A DNA stretch of 64,000 nucleotides from the human T2T-CHM13v2.0 reference genome, Homo sapiens: NCBI RefSeq assembly GCF_009914755.1, contig NC_060926.1. One strand, 5' to 3'. The position numbers were made by a program, and so were the translations under genes. Shown here piece after piece: positions 12,657-26,283 of the stretch; position 1 is the first letter of the stretch, and each line of letters begins with the position of its first letter. Under the pieces are notes generated by a model. The model was not told where the DNA came from and made no database searches. It was given only the letters and a program-made list of their open reading frames with translations.

Positions 12657-14002
12657 TAGCTATAAGTTATGATAAGAGTTGTTTAAGGGTAAAGTTTAAC
12701 TGTATAGTGAGTTTATTTAGCTGCTTATGCGAGTGGAATGAATGCGATCCTCCCACCTACGAATAGGTCAAGAATGTGCTTAACGCCTTATTCCCAAGGT
12801 AATGCTGGTATGGGTTGGTTTAAACGGCATTCTGGATGCCCTTTAGGGTTTTCTGTGAAATCCTAATGAACGAGCCATTTTTGTGTAACCCATTTTTATC
12901 AGGCCCCATCAACCCAAGTGCTGCAAAACTAGGCTCATGGTCCCATCTGGGAAAAAATTATACTCCCAAATGTTGCTGCTGGGATTGACAATTGCTACAG
13001 CTGTTTTGGAAAGTAATGTCCGTATCTATCTACAAAACCAAACAAAAACAAACTCAGCCAGCCCTCTCCCAGGGACAGAATCCAAGCAATGAAGCTCAAT
13101 GGCAGGCGAGGGGTGTGCAAAGGGTGTTCTGCCACCCCCGGGCAGTGACTCCATGTGGGAAACAAAGCGTGCGCTCAAACAAGCAGGCAGCAGTGAAGTT
13201 CTGAAACACTCTTACCCCAAAATATTTTACACATTAAAAAATTGAGTCTGGTTTACAGCAATGACTTGGAAGCACTTCTCCTCTGTTCAATTACATGTGA
13301 AAAGCAAGAGGCGGAAGTGAAAAAATAATCCCAACACTGTAAAAACAAAGGTCAAAAATTCACATTTCCATGTGATTAGGAGGAAGATAAGAAAGATTAT
13401 TATTATTATTTTAACACTGGTTGGTTTGCTTGGGAGAAGGCAGAGGTGGGTAAAGGAGGAAGTATGAAAAACAGGGCGGAGTAAACATTTTAATAGTTAT
13501 TAAACTTTTTGAGCAAATGCAGAATTAGAAGCAAGAGGAAGAGGAAAAGTGGGAGTGGGGTGGAGAAGAACTCAGCAATAAAGGTCTCCAAGCAAAAGAG
13601 AAAACCTCCAGGTAGCACCTTGGCAGCAGGGAACACAGAAAATAATCCTACCTAAACTATTCCTTCAGACTCACTACTAAGAGCACCACTTCCTTAGGAA
13701 AAATCAGAGATATGCTATCAGAACCCACTCCCTGTGCATCCTTTGTGTTTAACTGTATACAAATTTGTAGGGCAGCCTACATAACCAAGAAAGATCAGTC
13801 AGGAGAGAGTATTTCCCTAGTTCTATCCCGATGACAAGTTTAGAAACCTTACTTCCTTCAATGTTTCCCCTTCCCAACAGTACCCGGGAATCCCTAAGCC
13901 AGGAGAATGGCCGCATAGTGGAAGGAACTCTTCAGACCCTGCTACATCCCATTCTCTGCCTTCCAACACCCCCCCCGATAAGTCTGGGCCCATTGATCCC
14001 CC

Positions 14003-14564
14003 TGACAGAGCAGGAACACTGTCATCTTGGACAAACACCACCGCTTTAAGTTCTAGCTCCCTTTCTAGCCTCATGCATCTCAAGGGAATCACTTCTCTTC
14101 TAACTACAAGCAGCCAGAAAGAGCAGACGGTAAAACACAGATAAAACAGCTCGGGCACAGAGGGAGGTGGGGGGAAATTCTCTTGGGTAACTGCCAAACT
14201 TCACTGTCATACAATGGGCCCCAGTAAAACAGTAGGCCTTAATAAGCACATTCCTTTCCCTTCAAGTCCACTAAGATAGGGAAGCTAAAAGCAGACTCGG
14301 GGGTCTGCCTGCAGTTGCAGAAAGGTCTATGAAAACACACAACTCTCCCTCCCAAACAAGCACAACAAAGAGACACAAAAACAGTCCAAGCCTCTAGTAA
14401 ACTCTCCCACCCTGAATCCTTAAAAACTCTTAGCCTGTAAGAAAGTGGGGCTCTAACCTAACTTGGCCAAAACCCCCTCCTAGGTTTGTTTTCTAAAATA
14501 AACCTGTCCTTGTTAACCATCAAGCCACCCTTCGTGTTTCTTTCCTCTTTCTTTAATTATCACA
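14003..14564 (+). mobile_element. LTR19-family ERV1 solo LTR
   Basis: TGACAGAGCAGGAACACTGTCATCTTGGACAAACACC start; AATAAA near the end; CA terminus. Confidence 0.82.
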
Positions 14565-16092
14565 CCTCCCACATCTGTGTGTTTAGTCACCACAGGAAAC
14601 ACTTGGTGCAGAGAGAAATGGAAGAGAAGATCCAAGTCAAGGAAGCAGCCAAGGGGCCAGGGCTTCATGGAGGAAAGAGCAAATCTTGAATTGTTCAGGA
14701 TAGGGGATGGAACCAGGAAGCAGCAATGGGGTGGGAACTAAACTGACATAGGAGCATTTGGGGAGCAAGTCAAGAAGGCTCTGTTGAGTGATGTCATTGA
14801 CAGAGTCGGGCTGGCAGCTCAGTGGTGTGCTGGCCAGAGAGGGGGTATGTTAAGCCAGCTAAAAGGAGCAAGGCTGACCCGGACAAACTCATATTTTAAA
14901 CCCGACCTGAGTGGTCCTGGCATGCGATTTCCAAAGTGTCTCTGCTCTTGGAGTGAACCACCCTCATTCTTTATCTGAACTGGACCCCACTTGCAGAGTC
15001 AAGTCACTCTTCTCCCAGTGGTGCCAGATTCAGAACTGGACTCCTGCTTTGGTCTCCACTTGCTGTTTCTATATTGCATCCTTTCTCATTCCCAGGTCTT
15101 TCTCCAAAGCATGGAACCCTTTCTTGCTCTTAGATGCTTACCTTTATGGACCCAGAATCCTGTTCTAATTCCTAACCCAGAGCTGTGGTCCCTGGAAGCA
15201 GAGCTTGTGGCTGCCATTCTTTCCAAGTACCCTTCCCTGGATTCTGCTTTCGGGGTCTTGATGCATTTATGGGTAGGGGAGCATCCTAATCCTTCATCAT
15301 CTTCAACTATACTTTCCTACTTCCACATTTCTGATAACTTGTTTGGAGTCTGCTGTCAACTCTGGACAAACACGTATTACGTCTTAGTCTGAGCTTCTGC
15401 CATTAGTCCCAGAAGTGGAGTTCCTTCCTAGGACGTGGATTTGGTACTAGAGCCCAGCTTTGCTTTCTTGCTTCATCATGCTGCCAGGCCCCCACTGTGG
15501 TCCCAGTCAGCACCCCCAACCCTGCTCCCACTGGAGAGCTGTCACTCAGTCAGCTCCCTCTGGATTGATGAGTGGCAAAAGGTCCCTAGACTGGGCCCCC
15601 TAAGGCAGGACTTCTTTAGAGGATTGTAGTCTCTACATAGTGATGGTTGTACTGTTATAAAGGGCCTGTTTCCTTTCATTCTCCCTCTGTCAACTCTTTT
15701 CTTTGAAGTAAAAATGGAACATTTATTGATTCATACAGCTAGACTTCCCAAGGGATCAGCTGGCTTGCAACTCAGCTGGACCTCAGGGCTTTAAACAATG
15801 CCACTAGCACTGCAGCACTGTGTCTCCTCCTAGCCCCAGCTCTGCTTAGTTTCAAGGAGATGGTGGAATTCGTGAGCCTTTGAGTACAGGAGCCCAGAAA
15901 GAGAAAGAGAGATTCTCTTTCCTATGTTTATATTGAAAAGACGATGTGTTTAGGGCAGGTGAGACACTGAGAGATATTTCTACTAGGATCGCGTGGAGAA
16001 GGCATGGTTCTTTTGTGGCAAGTGGAGTGCCAGATAAAGGAGACAAGAGAGTGGGCAAGAAAAAAAGAAATAGAAATAGAAATAGAAATAAA

Positions 16093-17110
16093 GGGGATCT
16101 GGCAAGATGGCTGAATAGGAACAGCTCCAGTCTGCAGCTCCCAGCAAGTCCAATGCAGAAGGTGAGTGATTTCTGTATTTCCAACTGAGGTACTTGGTTC
16201 ATCTCACTGGGACTGGTTAGACAGTGGGTGCAGCCCACCGAGGGTGATTAGAAGCAGGGTGGGGCGTTACCTCACCAGGGAAGCGCAAGGGGCTGGGGAA
16301 CTCCCTCCCCTAGCCAAGGGAAGCCACGAGGGACTGTGCCATGAGGGACGGTACTATCCAGCCCAGATACTACGCTTTTCTCACAGTTTTTGCAACCCAC
16401 ACACCAGGAGATTCCCTCGAGTGTCTACAGCAGGAAACAGATGCTGGAGAGGATGTGGAGAAATAGGAATGCTTTTACACGTTGATGGGAGTGTAAATTA
16501 GTTCAACCATTGTGGAAGACAGTGTGGCGATTCCTCAAGGATCTAGAACTAGAAATACCATTTGACCCAGCAATCCCATTCCTGGGTATATACCCAAAGG
16601 ATTATAAATCATGCTACCATAAGGACACATGCACACGTATGTTTACTGTGGCACTATTCACAATAGCAAAGACTTGGAACCAACCCAAATGTCCATCAGT
16701 GATAGACTGGATTAAGAAAATGTGGCACAAATACACCATGGAATACTATGCAGCCATAAAAAAGGATGAGTTCATGTCCTTTGTAGGGACATGGATGAAG
16801 CTGGAAACCATCATTCTCAGCAAACTAACACAGGAACAGAAAACCAATCACTGCATGCTCTCGCTCATAAGTGGGAGTTGAACAATGAGAACACACGGAC
16901 CTAGGGAGGGGAACATCCACACTGGGGCCTGTCGGGGAGTGGGGGTAAGGGGAGGGATAGCATTAGGAGAAATACCTTATGCATTCGGGGCTTAAAACCT
17001 AGATGACGGGTTGATGGGTGCAGTAAACCACCATGGCACATATATACCTATGTAACAAACCTGCACATTCTGCACAGGTATCCCAGAGCTTAAAAAGAAA
17101 TAAAAATAAA
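16093..17110 (+). mobile_element. L1PA8-like LINE-1 with intact 5' start and 3' end but a ~5 kb internal deletion
   Basis: 5'UTR (CAAGATGGCTGAATAGGAACAGCTCC) 16093-~16432 fused to ORF2 C-terminus (WKTVWRFLKDLELEIPFDPAIP...) and L1PA8-type 3'UTR (GGGGCTTAAAACCTAGATGACGGG). Confidence 0.9.
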
Positions 17111-20100
17111 GAGACATGCACTACTGACAGACCACAGGGTGGGGCAGCCTTGTGCATGGATAGCCTTACTTGCCTCCCCCTTCAACCCACATGCTTCAGA
17201 TGGATGAGGGCGTAGCTAGAGAGCACAGGTAAGGCAGGGCTGATGGGTTGGGACCCATCCATCTCAGCCTCTGCCACCAGGCACCCCTGGCACAGAGAAC
17301 CTTTTAACACTGCGTCCGTTTACTGTCACTTTGAATTGTCACAGCCCCACAGAGACCAGCCCATAGCTGGACACACCCTATCTCCCTAAAATAACCAGTT
17401 CAAGAGCACCAGACAGTGGAAGTGCTCGTGTCCCAAGGGCTTCCTGCGGGCCTTCAGCAGGACAAGGTTGTGGCCACTAGTCCTAGGAGCACAGTGCCCT
17501 GAGCCTAGGCAAAGCAAGCAGGCATTACTCATCTAAAACAGCATCAGGAAAGACACCGAGAAACCAGGACGACTTGATTTTGTATTTGTGCAGCAGCAAA
17601 CTCTTGAGGGACGCTAGAGGTAGTAGATGTGTCTGTGTGACTCCCAAATATACAGCAGGAGCCGATTTGGCAGAGAGACCCCTTGCCAATGCCATGTTCA
17701 GAGTGGAGGTCGACTTGAGAGCCACTGATCTGAGCAGCATGAAGTCCCCTGACATTAGCAGCATGAAGTCCCCTGACTTCAGCCACTTAGGTGTGGATTG
17801 CTGAGGGTTCAGGGCAGACAGTGTTTGAGTTCGGGCTGGGCCCACCTGTTTTCCCTCCAAGTGGCATCACCAGGTCCAGTGGGGAAAACACTGTTGTGGG
17901 TCTACATTGATTTACCTATACTGCTCAGAGAAGCTTCCTGTGGGCTTCCATAAACTGGCTTGGGTTGGTTATTACTGGCTGCAGCAGCAATTGATTGCTC
18001 TTCCTGTACCTTGTTACCCTGGAGATGAAAATCCAGACTTGATGGGGAGAAAAGAGAAAATCTCCATCAGGAGAATCAAGTGGTCTGTTCTCCTCCTCCA
18101 CTGCCATTGTCATAAAGCATGGGGTTGGCTGTGGGGTCATTTGGAGTGCAGCGGTCCAAGTATCAGGAGCAGCGTACTCTCAAAAAGACTCACGGATGTG
18201 ACCAAAACTGCAGCCTCCAAGGGTTTTGAGGCCTGCAGGCTGGGAGTTCTTGGCCTAGAGCATTTCACCCCTCTCTTCATTGCTTTCCTGGATGTTCCCA
18301 GGGGTCAATCTGGGCTGTTTTTGAGGTGGGATAAAGATTTAAATTGACTCGGGGAGGAGGGAAGTTATCTAAGGGTATAAACACAATATGGTCAGGCAAG
18401 ATGGAAACTACCTCCAAATACAAAGCAGCTGGATCTGGTGACAATGAAGACAGTGGTGCTTTTTCCACTGGAAGATGGAGGGCTCTGAGCAGGCTGGAGC
18501 CAGTCAGATAGCAATGGGGGGAACGAAGAGTTAGTTGTGTCCTGGGGATTTTACTGGGGCTATGTATTGAAATTAAGCCAGGAAACAGAGCCCACTAATT
18601 TGCCATCTTGGAGAGTCCCCAACGTGTTAACATACTAAAGGCCTGAGGAGCTCCTTGGTTAACAACTATGCAACTTTAAGTTATACAAATGTTTTGCTCA
18701 GGGAATGACTTTTTTCCGGAGAATACATTCCTCTTTCTCCTTGCAGTGTTGTCCTCCCCATCACGAATTCCTCTCCTTCTCCTAACTCAAGAACACCAAT
18801 TTGGGAAGCTCTTGAATAGATAAGCTATCTTTTCTGGATTGCCAGGAAGTGGAAAATGGGGTGGGCGTGTGTGTGAGGGGAATTGGGCAGTGAGGAGTAA
18901 GTGAGGGAAAACTTTTTAGCATGGTTAATAGGTCAGGAGAGCAGCGCAAAGGTGGAAACCAAGCATGCCCAATCCCCAGAGCAGGACAAATGGGCTCCTG
19001 GGCCCTGGTGGAGGGTTCACTTTGGAAATGAGTAGGAGCAGTTTGGTCTCAGAAGCAATCAACATCCCCTCCACCCCAATTTTTTTACTCCGTTTCAGAT
19101 GATTAATTTTCAAATACTGTACAAATTTTGATAGCTTAAATTGTGTATACAGTCAAATAAAAACTTGCATTAACAATTGGTGGGGCTTATGTCACAGAAT
19201 CAGAGTATCAGGCTCCTTCTTGCTGTGGCTGTAAACTTGAGAATGGTCTGGGGTCTCCAGGAGTGAGGGTTTCCATGTAAACCATCACTATCCTTGGGGA
19301 CACCGTTGACAATTAACTCATTAGAAAGATGTGCCCACTTTGCATATGGAGAAACAGCCCAGAGTCCAGTGCCCCGCCTCAGGTCAGAGACCAAGTTGGG
19401 GAGCCAGGAATTGAGAGCTGTCTTAGCCAGTTTGGGGTAGGGTGGGGTCTCAGGCCTTTGGCCCCTGTGACTCCAAGTATAAGACACATATGAAGCCTAG
19501 TTGGCTGGGGTTGGGATGGGATGGCAGGGTGAAAGGCCAGCATCTCTCTGCCTGCAAACTCCTCTCCATCCTTGACTCTGGGTCAGCAGGCTGGGGAAAA
19601 TGGCCCTATGCTGGCTGCAAGGGGTTCCAGGAACTCCCTTGTGGTCATATCAGCAAGTCTGGTCTGCAATGGAACAGAGACTGAGAATGGGCCTCCTACC
19701 TCTCCATCGGGTGGAAGGCACCTAGGGGCTAACATGGGCACTCTTTTCCCCTGGTGCCAACACTGCACGTGGAACAGAAGATCCCTAGGACCCATGCCTG
19801 AGTCATCTGTGTTCTCCATAGTCGGCACCAAGCCAGATCTGGCCTAGAGCAGGAGCTTGGGGAACAACATCCCCTTTTGCGATGACCACTATTTGCCAGG
19901 CGGTGTGCTGGGATCCAGAGATCACAGAAAAAAGAGAGTCCCATTTTTCCAGACTCTCACAGGCTAGTGAGAGGGAGCATGAACCATCTTGATGTGGGTG
20001 CTGAGTGCTAGAACGCAGGGTACTGAGAAGTCCCTGGGACCACCCAGACCCTGCACTGCAGAGCACCAGGAGGGCCCCTAGGAGATGAAACCAGCTGGGT

Positions 20101-21124
20101 AGCACCCTTAGAAAACTGTTATGAGGGCAGATATTAATAGAAATCACCCCAAAGTAAAGTCCGGAAACATCCATGAAGATGAATTATGACTGGTTATCAT
20201 AAAATGTATTAACCAATTTGAGGGTTTCTTCATTTATATGGTAGGAGACAATGTCCATTTCTCAGGAGTTGTGAAGATTAAATGAAGTGATGTGTGAAAG
20301 TATTATCAATGATTCTAATCTTTGGCCCAGTAGTAAAAGTACTTAATCCTCTTTTTGATTTTTTTCTTTTGTAACAAGACTTTTAAAAAATCTCTTTTAT
20401 TTAACTGAGAGTCATACTTTTGTCTATTATAGTAGCTAAGTTACTATTATAATAGAGATAGATAATAGAATTGGGTAAATAACAAGTTCTGTTCATCAGT
20501 ACAAAACACACACACACACAAAACATGTCACTTAAATACACACCCACAGGCCCTGGAAATAGTAATATCTATGTATTGACTCTTAGCTTGAATATTAATA
20601 TTTTGCTTTTATTACAGTGTAACATACCTTCCAAATAGCATCCAGATAAAATAACCAATATTTTTCATAGTTGAACTGCTAAACATTAATCAGGATTTTA
20701 CTACTATTGTTTTCTAAGGTTTGCTGGTATATTTTGTTGCCTATATTCTATAGTCTCAATTCCAGTTATATATACAAATTGGAATTATTTTTTAAAATAA
20801 TTCCAGTTTAAAACAATAATTCTATTTTGTATATATAATAAATTGAGTGGCTGTTTTCATGAAGAGCTCTGTGTTGTTTCCCGAGAGTGGAATATAAAAG
20901 ACATAGCTAGAAAGTGAAACTGCAAGAAAAATTATAATAGAAAAGCTGTTTTCTGGACCTTTATCTTGTGGAGGTTCTTTGGGATGGGAAGTGTCTACTC
21001 ATAGCCTAACAAACTCCCTGGCAGAGGAGTTGTTAAGGGGCCTCCAGCCTTGGACAGGCTGTGGGAATAAGTGGCCTTTCATCTCTGCCAGGGGAAACCA
21101 GACCATTGCAGAGTCCCTCTGGCA

Positions 21125-21255
21125 CAGGGTTGCCAGATTTAGCAAATAAAAATACAGGATTCCCGGTTACATTTGAATTGTTTCTAATTGCCTATGCATG
21201 TGTGATTCAGATAAAAGAAAAATACTGCATGAGATATAGTTATGCTAAAAAATAC
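21125..21255 (+). mobile_element. MER53 (hAT) fragment
   Basis: CAGGGTTGCCAGATTTAGCAAATAAAAATACAGGA terminal repeat. Confidence 0.8.
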
Positions 21256-21319
21256 CCTGAAATAAAATAAAAATATGCTGAAATAAAGAATAAATACCTA
21301 AATTACATACCTCTCTCTT

Positions 21320-23479
21320 TAATTCTGTTTCTCTGATGATTTGGCTCCTTAACAATTCCTTCTTCTGCAGGATTTGCTTACAAAATTCTTTACAGTTAAT
21401 CTATGTTCCATTTACACTTAGCTTCTGCAAGAATCACATGCAACTTATTTTGTGTTTTTTGTTCATTGAACATTATTATTATTAATGAGAAAACATGCTC
21501 ACCATTAGCATTATGAGCCAATATACAGAACATGTACTGGCAGAAGGTTAACACTGGGAATCACTCCTTAAATCTGATTTAAATGCATAAAATCATTTAT
21601 GGCTAACTTGCTTTCCCATTCCTTTGGATTACATCATCTCTCTTGATCAACAGCTTTTTAAAATGAGCATTGATCTCAATTTTTTATTCCCTTCATCAAC
21701 ACTACACATGATTGGTTCACTGATTTCCATGCTGGAAGAGTACTTAGTAACATTGATGTAAAACAAATTCTTTAAGGTATAAAATCCATTTCAAAAGATA
21801 GTCATGGCAAGTGTCACTTTTAAGTCATAGTTTCTTTTCCTTTTCCTAAGTAATATTTCATTTAAGAACAGACTTGACTCTTAAAGAGTTAACACTTTCA
21901 ACACTTCTTTCTTTAATGTACTGAAGTTCCTTTAACTAAGTGCTTCAGTAACACGGTTTTCTTTTTAATTTGCATAATCCTTTAATTTGCACAATCCTAT
22001 TGCTAAAGAGATATTGAAACTATCAACAAGAAAGAAGTAGGTTTCACTGGATGAATTACTTAAAATATCAAGGATTTGTGAGGCCTTTTCTTTAGAATTG
22101 AAGTATGACTTCAATGCTTCAAATAAAGAATTCTCTCAGCTACATTTTTAAAAAAGAACCAATAGCTTTTCGAATGCAAAAGAGTTGAAGAAAACTGAAT
22201 GCCAACAAAATCACAAAAAATCTTTAATCACTCAGTTTGGATAGTGTAAATACAGAAGAGAACAATTTTATGACAACTTTAATACCAATAGGAAGACATT
22301 GGCAGCTTTGTAAGCAGCATTACACACAACATGAGCAGGACACGCAAGACCCTCCATTGCCTCATCCGTGCTTTGTTTCCACTTTGAGTAAACATTGTTT
22401 GCACCCCTACACAAAGATCCACCAAATTTTTATTTTATTATCTCCACCAAAAGCAGTAATTTTTTTGCTATTGTTTCCAAACTCTTATTTGCAAGGATTT
22501 TTCTGGTAATAAACTTACAAGCAGTCTTTTTCATGAGAAAAAGGGAAAATGTTGTCTATATTATGAAAACTTTGTGTTTATGGCCATGCTGTAAAGAGAC
22601 GAGGCACTTAGATCTTTGATAATAGTCTCTGTAATTACAAATCGAACTAATACTTTTTTTAACTATTGCAGTAGAGTTTGTCCTAGCACTAGTAAGTTTG
22701 CTTACAGTTTTGGAAAACACTTCAGTAGTATGTTCACACCATCATTTAAACAGCAAGACTACTGATGACATTCAGTGTGGGAAGCCATTCCAACTTCTGT
22801 TGTAATTATTTTATCTTCTTTGTCTAAATTTCTCTTAATAAAATTTTTGTTGCTTATCACTTTCATTTGTCCTAGGAATCATACATCTCTGTTTAGCCTT
22901 TAGCTTTGCTTCGCTAGTTTATACAGGATTTTGTTGTGTAAAAGGGCCATATATGCAAATGCTGAAGGTGCCTAGAAACTAAAGTAGGAGGCAGACAAAT
23001 TCAGTTTGTAGATTTGGGGTGATTTATTTGGGAAACTTATAGCCAGAAGTGTGGTCTTGGGCAGCCACAAAGCAGGTAGGTCTCTGCACTGCAACCCCCC
23101 AGAGCCAGGGCTTTACCTTGGGGAAAGCATATGTGCTCTAGAAGGAATGTGTAGGTGGTTACCGGCATCACAGCCTATGATTTCTGCAACAGCATCAAGG
23201 ATTGTTTTAGAGGAAACTTACAGTGAATAGATGTTCCTAATAAAGAGTCATACATAAACTAGACATTTTGGAGGCATTCCTGGACTCAGCGTTAGAAGTT
23301 ACATAGCAGATTAGCTTTTAAAATAAAGTCACTGTTGTTCCCGTTGATGTTCTGCTATTCTTGATGTTGAATGACCAATTGAAATATGCACAAGGAGCTT
23401 CAAAATAACTTATTCCTCGCTGAATACATGTTCATTATTCAGAAAATTTATCTCAAAATTTACACATGCATTTTGGCAT
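21320..23479 (-). mobile_element. Degenerate hAT transposase fossil (Blackjack-type), interrupted by an LTR
   Basis: Manual minus-strand translation: MPKCMCKF (ATG 23479), ITAFGGDN (22437-22460), ACPAHVVCNAA (CPAH 22331-22342), FEALKSYFNSKEK, FCQYMFCILAHNANGEHVFSL (~21485-21545); many stops and frameshifts. Confidence 0.8.
22932..23343 (-). mobile_element. LTR47-like (LTR47B) solo LTR inserted in the hAT transposase
   Basis: Minus strand reads GTGACTTTATTTTAAAAGCTAATCTGCTATGTAACTTC...TTTGCATATATGGCCCTTTTACACAACA. Confidence 0.65.
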
Positions 23480-23496
23480 TTTGGGGTTTAAATATA

Positions 23497-23842
23497 CAGA
23501 CAGTCCTGACTTAAGATGACTGGATGATTTTTCGACTTTATTATGGTGTAAAAACAATATGCCTTCATTATAAATCATACCTCAAATGTCCATACAAACA
23601 TTCTGTCTTTGACTTCAGTACAGCATTCAGTAAATTACATGAGATATTCAACACTTTATTATAAAATGGGCTTTGTGTTAGATGATTGCCCAACTATAGG
23701 CTAATATGTAAGTATTTTGAGTGTGTTTGAGGTAGGCTAGGCTAAGCTATGCTGTTTGGTACGCTAAGAGTATTAAGTGCATATTTTTAACTTATGATGG
23801 GTGTATTGGGACGTAACCCCATCATAAGTCAAAGAGCATCTG
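23497..23842 (-). mobile_element. MER47A (TcMar-Tigger) element
   Basis: TIRs CAGACAGTCC.GACTTA / TAAGTCAAAGAGCATCTG, TA flanks on both sides, ~346 bp. Confidence 0.82.
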
Positions 23843-23954
23843 TATACAAATAAAAAAGTTGACACTCAGGACCACTACTGGATTTGAACATATTGAGTTT
23901 GATGATCTCAAGACTGTATCAGTGCATCTCTCACAAGTCTGAACCTAAACTTTA

Positions 23955-24470
23955 AGGGTTGTAGGGTACCAAACTAACAATAAATCAAACTCTGTCTCAT
24001 ACCAAAAAAGGATAAACTTTGCATTTGCCTGAAAAGGAGAACTGTAGGGTAGACTCTCCCCCAACAGAGACAGGTGTTTTTATATAAGGTATTGGGCAGG
24101 CTGATATTTAGGGACTGGTGGAATTTCAGAAGTGGGAGTGTTTAGGGATTGCCAGACTTTCAGATATCTGAGCCTGGACATGAGAATAAGGATGCTATTG
24201 AACCACTGACTTTCAGAAGCATGGTCACTGGAGTGAAGTGGCTTGCTGACTGGCCATTTTCTAGAAGCGTGAGGCTGTCAGTGACGGGCTAATTTTCAAG
24301 TCTGGGGGATTTAGCATTGGCCGACTATCAGATACTTCAGCTGTCCTTGATTTGCCAATGTTCACGAGCTTGGCTACTGGAGGGAGGCTGTCACTGATTG
24401 GCTAATTTTCAGAGCACCTGTACTAATTTTAAGTTACCACTAATCAGCGGTGATTTCTTATTTATAACTT
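23955..24470. mobile_element. Probable old LTR with internal short repeats
   Basis: Recurrent GAGGCTGTCA.TGA..GGCTAATTTTCA (24271, 24384) and GACTTTCAGA motifs; family not identified. Confidence 0.35.
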
Positions 24471-26283
24471 GGGACTCTGGCCAAAGAAAAGTCTTTCCCT
24501 GTTTTGAATATGAAAAATAAACAATTAATCCTCAGTACTCCCATTTGGTCTTCCTTTAGCTAAACCTGAAGGAGAGACAATGTGGGATTGTCCAGATTCT
24601 CACATTTAATATAAATGGGATCATATAATACATGGCATTTTGTGTCAGGCTTCTCCACGCAGCACAGTGTTTTCAAAGTTCATTCATATTGTGGCATGTG
24701 TTAGTACTTCATTGTGACTGACGTATTGAAGAATACTCCATTTTGTATGACTGAATAATATTCCATTGTGTAGGTATACCACATTTTGTATATTTACTCA
24801 TTAGTTAACAGTTATTTGGGTTATTTCTACTTTTTGGCTATAATCAATAATACTGCTTATGAACATTTGTGTACAAGTTCACATTTTAACACATGTTTTC
24901 AATTCCTTTGGGTTTTACACCAAGGAGTGGAATTACTAGGTAATGACGTAATTCCATATTTAATTTTTTGAAGAACTAGCAAACTCTTCTCCACAGTGGC
25001 TGTGCCATTTTACATTCCTGTAAGCAATGTATTAGGATTTCAATTTCTCCACAGCCTCACTAATACCTGTTATCTCCCCTCACTCTTTTTAAAAAATTGT
25101 AGCCATTTTAGTAGACATGAAGTGATTGTGGCTTTGATTTGCATTTCCCTAATGGCTAATAATGTTGAGGCTCCTTTCATGTTCTTAGTGTCCATTTATC
25201 TACTTTGGAGAAATGTCTATTCAAGTCCTTTGCCCATTAATCAATCAAGTTGTTTGTCTTTTGTTATTGAATCGTAAGAGTATTTTATATATTGTGAATG
25301 TTTAGATATATATGATTTACAAATATTTTCTCCCATTCCTTGGGCTGTGTTTCACTTTCTTGATAATGTCTTTTGCTGTAAAAAGTTTTAATATTGATAA
25401 AGTCCAATTTATTTTTTTCTTTTGTTGCTCATACTTTCGGTGTCATTTCTAAGAATCCATTGCCACATCCAAGTTAATGAAGATTTAGCCTATGTTTTCT
25501 TCCAGGAGCTTTATAATTTTTAGGTCTTTGATCTATTTTGAGTTAATTTTTGTATATGGCATGAATTAAGGGTTCAACTCCATTCTCTGGTATGTGGTTA
25601 TCCAATTATCCCAGTACTATTTGTTAAAAGATGAACTTTTCTCACTTTAATTTTCTGTGTCAACAATCAATTGACTATAAATATGTGGGTTTATTTCTGG
25701 ACTCTCAATTGCATCCCATTGATCTATATGTCTATCGTTATGCCAATACCACACTGTTTTGATTAGTTGTTTATAGGAAGTTTTGAAATCAGGAAGTGAG
25801 TCCTTTAACTTTGTTCTTTTTCAATATTATTTTAGCTATTCTTGTTCCCTTGCAATTCCATATGAATTTTGGATCAGCTTGTCCATTTCTGCAAAAAAAA
25901 AAATGCTGCCATAATTTTAGTAGTGATTGCATTAAATGTGTATATCAATTTGAGGAATATTGCCATCGTAACAATATTAAGCCTTCCAAATTAGTAGCAC
26001 AGGATTTGTTTCATTTATTTAGGTATTTGATTTCTTTCAACAATGTTTTGTAGTTTTCAGTGCACAAGTCTTGCTTTTTGGTTAGATTTATTCATAAAAG
26101 TATCTTATTCTTTTTGATGGTTTTATAAATTGAATTGTTTTCTTAAATTTCATTTTTGGAATGGTATATAAAATACAGTAGATTTTGTATATTGATTTTG
26201 TAACCTGCTGCTTTGCTGAATTTATTTATTAGCTCTAATAGTTTTGTGACTGATTAATATTTCCTATATATAATATTACATCA

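Noticed and set aside
16510-16881. 123-aa ORF with clear protein character
   Set aside because: It is the L1 ORF2 C-terminus with no ATG start, not a host gene; covered under the mini-L1 finding.
17400-17500. EGF-like-looking peptide WKCSCPKGF on the + strand
   Set aside because: The other cysteines are missing, there are no splice signals, and a stop follows shortly; likely chance.
17925-18468. Minus-strand ORFs faintly resembling Ty3/gypsy gag
   Set aside because: The resemblance is limited to a few residues; no zinc-knuckle, protease or LTR context seen.
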